Assembly: GCA_030141605.1 (NCBI GenBank)
Contig: JAQGDQ010000044.1
Span: forward strand, 1-64,000
Length of the DNA: 64,000 nucleotides
Source of the DNA: Tubiluchus corallicola
Taxonomy: Eukaryota > Animalia > Priapulida
Reading direction: 5' to 3'
In this document: positions 61,420 to 64,000 of the stretch, piece after piece
Layout: every line of letters starts with the position of its first letter
How positions within the stretch are numbered: position 1 is the first letter of the stretch
Translations under genes and position numbers: made by a program
Notes under the pieces: model-generated
Databases searched by the model: none
The model's input: only the letters and a program-made list of their open reading frames with translations
Told to the model about the DNA's origin: nothing

Positions 61420-64000
61420 ATGATTACTAATAATCAAAATGATAATTGTTCAATATGTTTTAATAAGGTACAAAATGGCCAAAATGGTCTGTTATGTAGC
61501 ATTTGTGGAATTTGGCAACACTTGATATGTACTAATCTAACGGCAGAGCAAGACAGTGTTTTAACTAGTGTAGATTCGTGGTACTGTACAAACTGTCTTG
61601 CAGATATATTGCCCTTCAATAATATAGAAAATGAAATGCAATTCAAAAACGCTATTGACCTGATCGATTTACCCGATTCTATTACGTTACAACTTAATGG
61701 ATTACATCTAAATCCATTTGATTATAATGAAAGATTATTGTCTTCACAATATGCTGATTTAGATCCAGACCTAAACTTCTATAACAGAATTGGTAGATTA
61801 AAGTGTGACTATACCACAGATGTCAACCTAAATACTTCTAAAATAAAATCTAACACAAACACGAATGCCAGTGATACTCAACTTTCGATATTCAATCATA
61901 ATTGTAGAAGCATGTCAAAGAACTTTTGTCATATAACAGATTTACTATCCACGTTGAATGGTGAATTTTCGATCCTATCTTTCACAGAAACCTGGCTTAA
62001 TGATCAGAATAAAGATCTATTCTCAATTAAACATTATAATCACTACTCAAAAACCCGCAAACAGAGAACAGGTGGAGGGGTTTCCCTGTATATAAAGGAC
62101 GATTTAAACAGTAAACCTCGTAATGACTTAGACTGTTTCGATGAACAAACCTGTGAATCACTGATTGTTGAAATTACCCAAGAACTTACAAAAAATATTT
62201 TAGTTGGAGTGTTATACAGACCTCCGGGTACCAGTATCACAGTATTTCTTGATGGTTTAGATAACCTTCTCTCTAAAATAATTGATGAAAACAAGCACAT
62301 CTTTATCTGCGGCGATTTCAACTTAAACTTGCTTAACTGTGACTCGCACGAAGGAACTGAATCTTTTCTCAATTGCCTACTTAGTCATTCATTGTATCCC
62401 TTAATCACTAAACCAACAAGAATTACTACTTACTCAGCAACTTTAATCGATAATATATTTACAAACTGTGTGTCAAATGACAATCTTAACTCGGGCATTC
62501 TCTACAGTGATATATCTGACCATTTTCCCATTTATTCAGTAACTAGTTTAAAAGTGGCACTTCACTCAAAACCAATAGTTTCAAAATTTAGAATCTTTAA
62601 TGATAGCACCATCGCAGACTTCAAGTCCAAACTAGTATCCCATGACTGGTCCCAAATTTTTTGCATACAAAATCCTGACTCGGCATTTCAATCCTTCTTT
62701 AAAGATTACTACAATATTTACAATGATAGCTTTCCACTAGTCACAAAAATAGTAAAGCCACGGACGTTAAATAAACCTTGGCTAACAAGCGGCTTGATAC
62801 ACTCAATTAAACACAAAAATAAATTATATAAGCTAAAATTAAAAAACCCTACTGATCTGAACATTGACCATTATAAAACTTATAGAAATAACCTAACCTC
62901 AATACTTAGAAAAGCCGAAAAAGATTATTATGCCAATACAATTAAAAGTAATATGAATAACATGAGAAAAACGTGGAAAATTATAAATTTAGCTATTAAT
63001 AAAAAAGACACTTCTCATATAGAACAGTCACATTTCAAAAAATCACACCATAACCCAATGACATCAAAAGAAATATCGGATGGCTTTAATAACTATTTTG
63101 TAAATGTAGGATCAACTCTAGCAGAAAAAATTCCCACTACAAATACATCATATTTTTCATACTTACCAAATCCATGTAGGAATTCAATGCAGTTGCTTCC
63201 AATTGACAAAATGGAGGTATTAAATGTGGCAAATAATTTAAAAAATAAAAACAGTACAGGGTATGATGATATATCACAAATTATCCTTAAAAAATCCATC
63301 AACTGTATTGCTGAACCTCTACTTTATATGTTTAACAAGTCATTTTCAACAGGTATAGTCCCAGACTCTCTGAAAATAGCCAAGGTTAATCCAATTTTTA
63401 AAACTGGTGATAAGTCCCAGTTTCAAAATTATAGGCCCATTTCAATTCTTCCCTGTTTTTCCAAAATTCTTGAAAGACTAATGTATAATAGACTACTAAG
63501 TTTCATTAAAAAAAACAATATATTATATAACAAACAACTAGGCTTTAGACAAAACCACTCCACTTACATGGCTCTACTTGAACTTCTTGATTTAATATCA
63601 AATGCAATTGACAATAATGAATTTACAATAGGTATTTTTATTGATTTATCTAAGGCCTTTGATACTATTGACCATCAAATACTCTTAGATAAATTAAACA
63701 ACTATGGTGTCAGAGGTCTACCTTTACAGTGGTTTACAAGTTATTTACACAACAGAAAACAATCCGTACTAATTGAAAACACATTTTCTTCTTTGAAGCA
63801 AATCAATTATGGTGTCCCCCAAGGCTCAATCTTAGGTCCATTGCTTTTTCTTCTCTATATTAATGATCTCCACAATGTCTCCACTCTGCTAGACTTCATT
63901 TTATTTGCCGATGATACTAACATATTCTATAATCACTCAAACTATGAATCAATGATAAATACTGTAAACCAAGAACTTGTACATCTCTCCACCTGGTTTA
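61420..64000 (+). CDS. LINE ORF2 (partial): PHD finger, APE endonuclease, reverse transcriptase
   Basis: Translated by hand: MITNNQNDNCSIC...CSICGIWQHLIC...WYCTNC; HNCRS, FTETWL, YRPP, GDFN, IDNIF, SDHFP; YRPIS, DLSKAFD, GVPQGSILGP, FADDT, all in one frame. Absent from the ORF track, consistent with no stop before the window end. Confidence 0.93.
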   Translation, partial: MITNNQNDNCSICFNKVQNGQNGLLCSICGIWQHLICTNLTAEQDSVLTSVDSWYCTNCLADILPFNNIENEMQFKNAIDLIDLPDSITLQLNGLHLNPFDYNERLLSSQYADLDPDLNFYNRIGRLKCDYTTDVNLNTSKIKSNTNTNASDTQLSIFNHNCRSMSKNFCHITDLLSTLNGEFSILSFTETWLNDQNKDLFSIKHYNHYSKTRKQRTGGGVSLYIKDDLNSKPRNDLDCFDEQTCESLIVEITQELTKNILVGVLYRPPGTSITVFLDGLDNLLSKIIDENKHIFICGDFNLNLLNCDSHEGTESFLNCLLSHSLYPLITKPTRITTYSATLIDNIFTNCVSNDNLNSGILYSDISDHFPIYSVTSLKVALHSKPIVSKFRIFNDSTIADFKSKLVSHDWSQIFCIQNPDSAFQSFFKDYYNIYNDSFPLVTKIVKPRTLNKPWLTSGLIHSIKHKNKLYKLKLKNPTDLNIDHYKTYRNNLTSILRKAEKDYYANTIKSNMNNMRKTWKIINLAINKKDTSHIEQSHFKKSHHNPMTSKEISDGFNNYFVNVGSTLAEKIPTTNTSYFSYLPNPCRNSMQLLPIDKMEVLNVANNLKNKNSTGYDDISQIILKKSINCIAEPLLYMFNKSFSTGIVPDSLKIAKVNPIFKTGDKSQFQNYRPISILPCFSKILERLMYNRLLSFIKKNNILYNKQLGFRQNHSTYMALLELLDLISNAIDNNEFTIGIFIDLSKAFDTIDHQILLDKLNNYGVRGLPLQWFTSYLHNRKQSVLIENTFSSLKQINYGVPQGSILGPLLFLLYINDLHNVSTLLDFILFADDTNIFYNHSNYESMINTVNQELVHLSTWF

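Larger units (their letters stand above)
60000..64000 (+). mobile_element. Non-LTR retrotransposon (CR1/L2 group), continues past the window end; 5' boundary approximate
   Basis: Tandem ORF1 and ORF2 separated by 5 nt, with APE and RT motifs. Confidence 0.92.

Overview
AT-rich, repeat-dense eukaryotic (invertebrate metazoan-like) genomic DNA; the species cannot be determined from the sequence. One host gene is recognisable: a spliced Kv channel-interacting protein (KChIP/KCNIP, neuronal calcium sensor family) on the minus strand, with six core coding exons (19200->2956) and two candidate upstream exons. Three large retroelements are present. (1) A young, intact 8.85-kb Ty3/Gypsy element with Gmr1-type domain order (PR-INT-RT-RH), near-identical 1182-bp LTRs, a tRNA-Leu PBS and a CTCAT TSD, lying in a KChIP intron. 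(2) A decayed BEL/Pao element nested in a MITE. (3) An apparently intact CR1/L2-group LINE running off the right end, with a gag-knuckle ORF1 and a PHD-APE-RT ORF2. The rest is MITEs (Harbinger-like, Kolobok-like), a SINE, a solo LTR, a Penelope-like remnant with a minimal hammerhead-ribozyme motif, LINE fragments and many micro/minisatellites. The most unusual feature is a 44-bp minisatellite built from the 3' splice acceptor of a KChIP exon, giving about 20 tandem acceptors. One of these would add an in-frame hydrophobic, Cys-rich segment. All coordinates were counted by eye and may be off by a few bases where noted.
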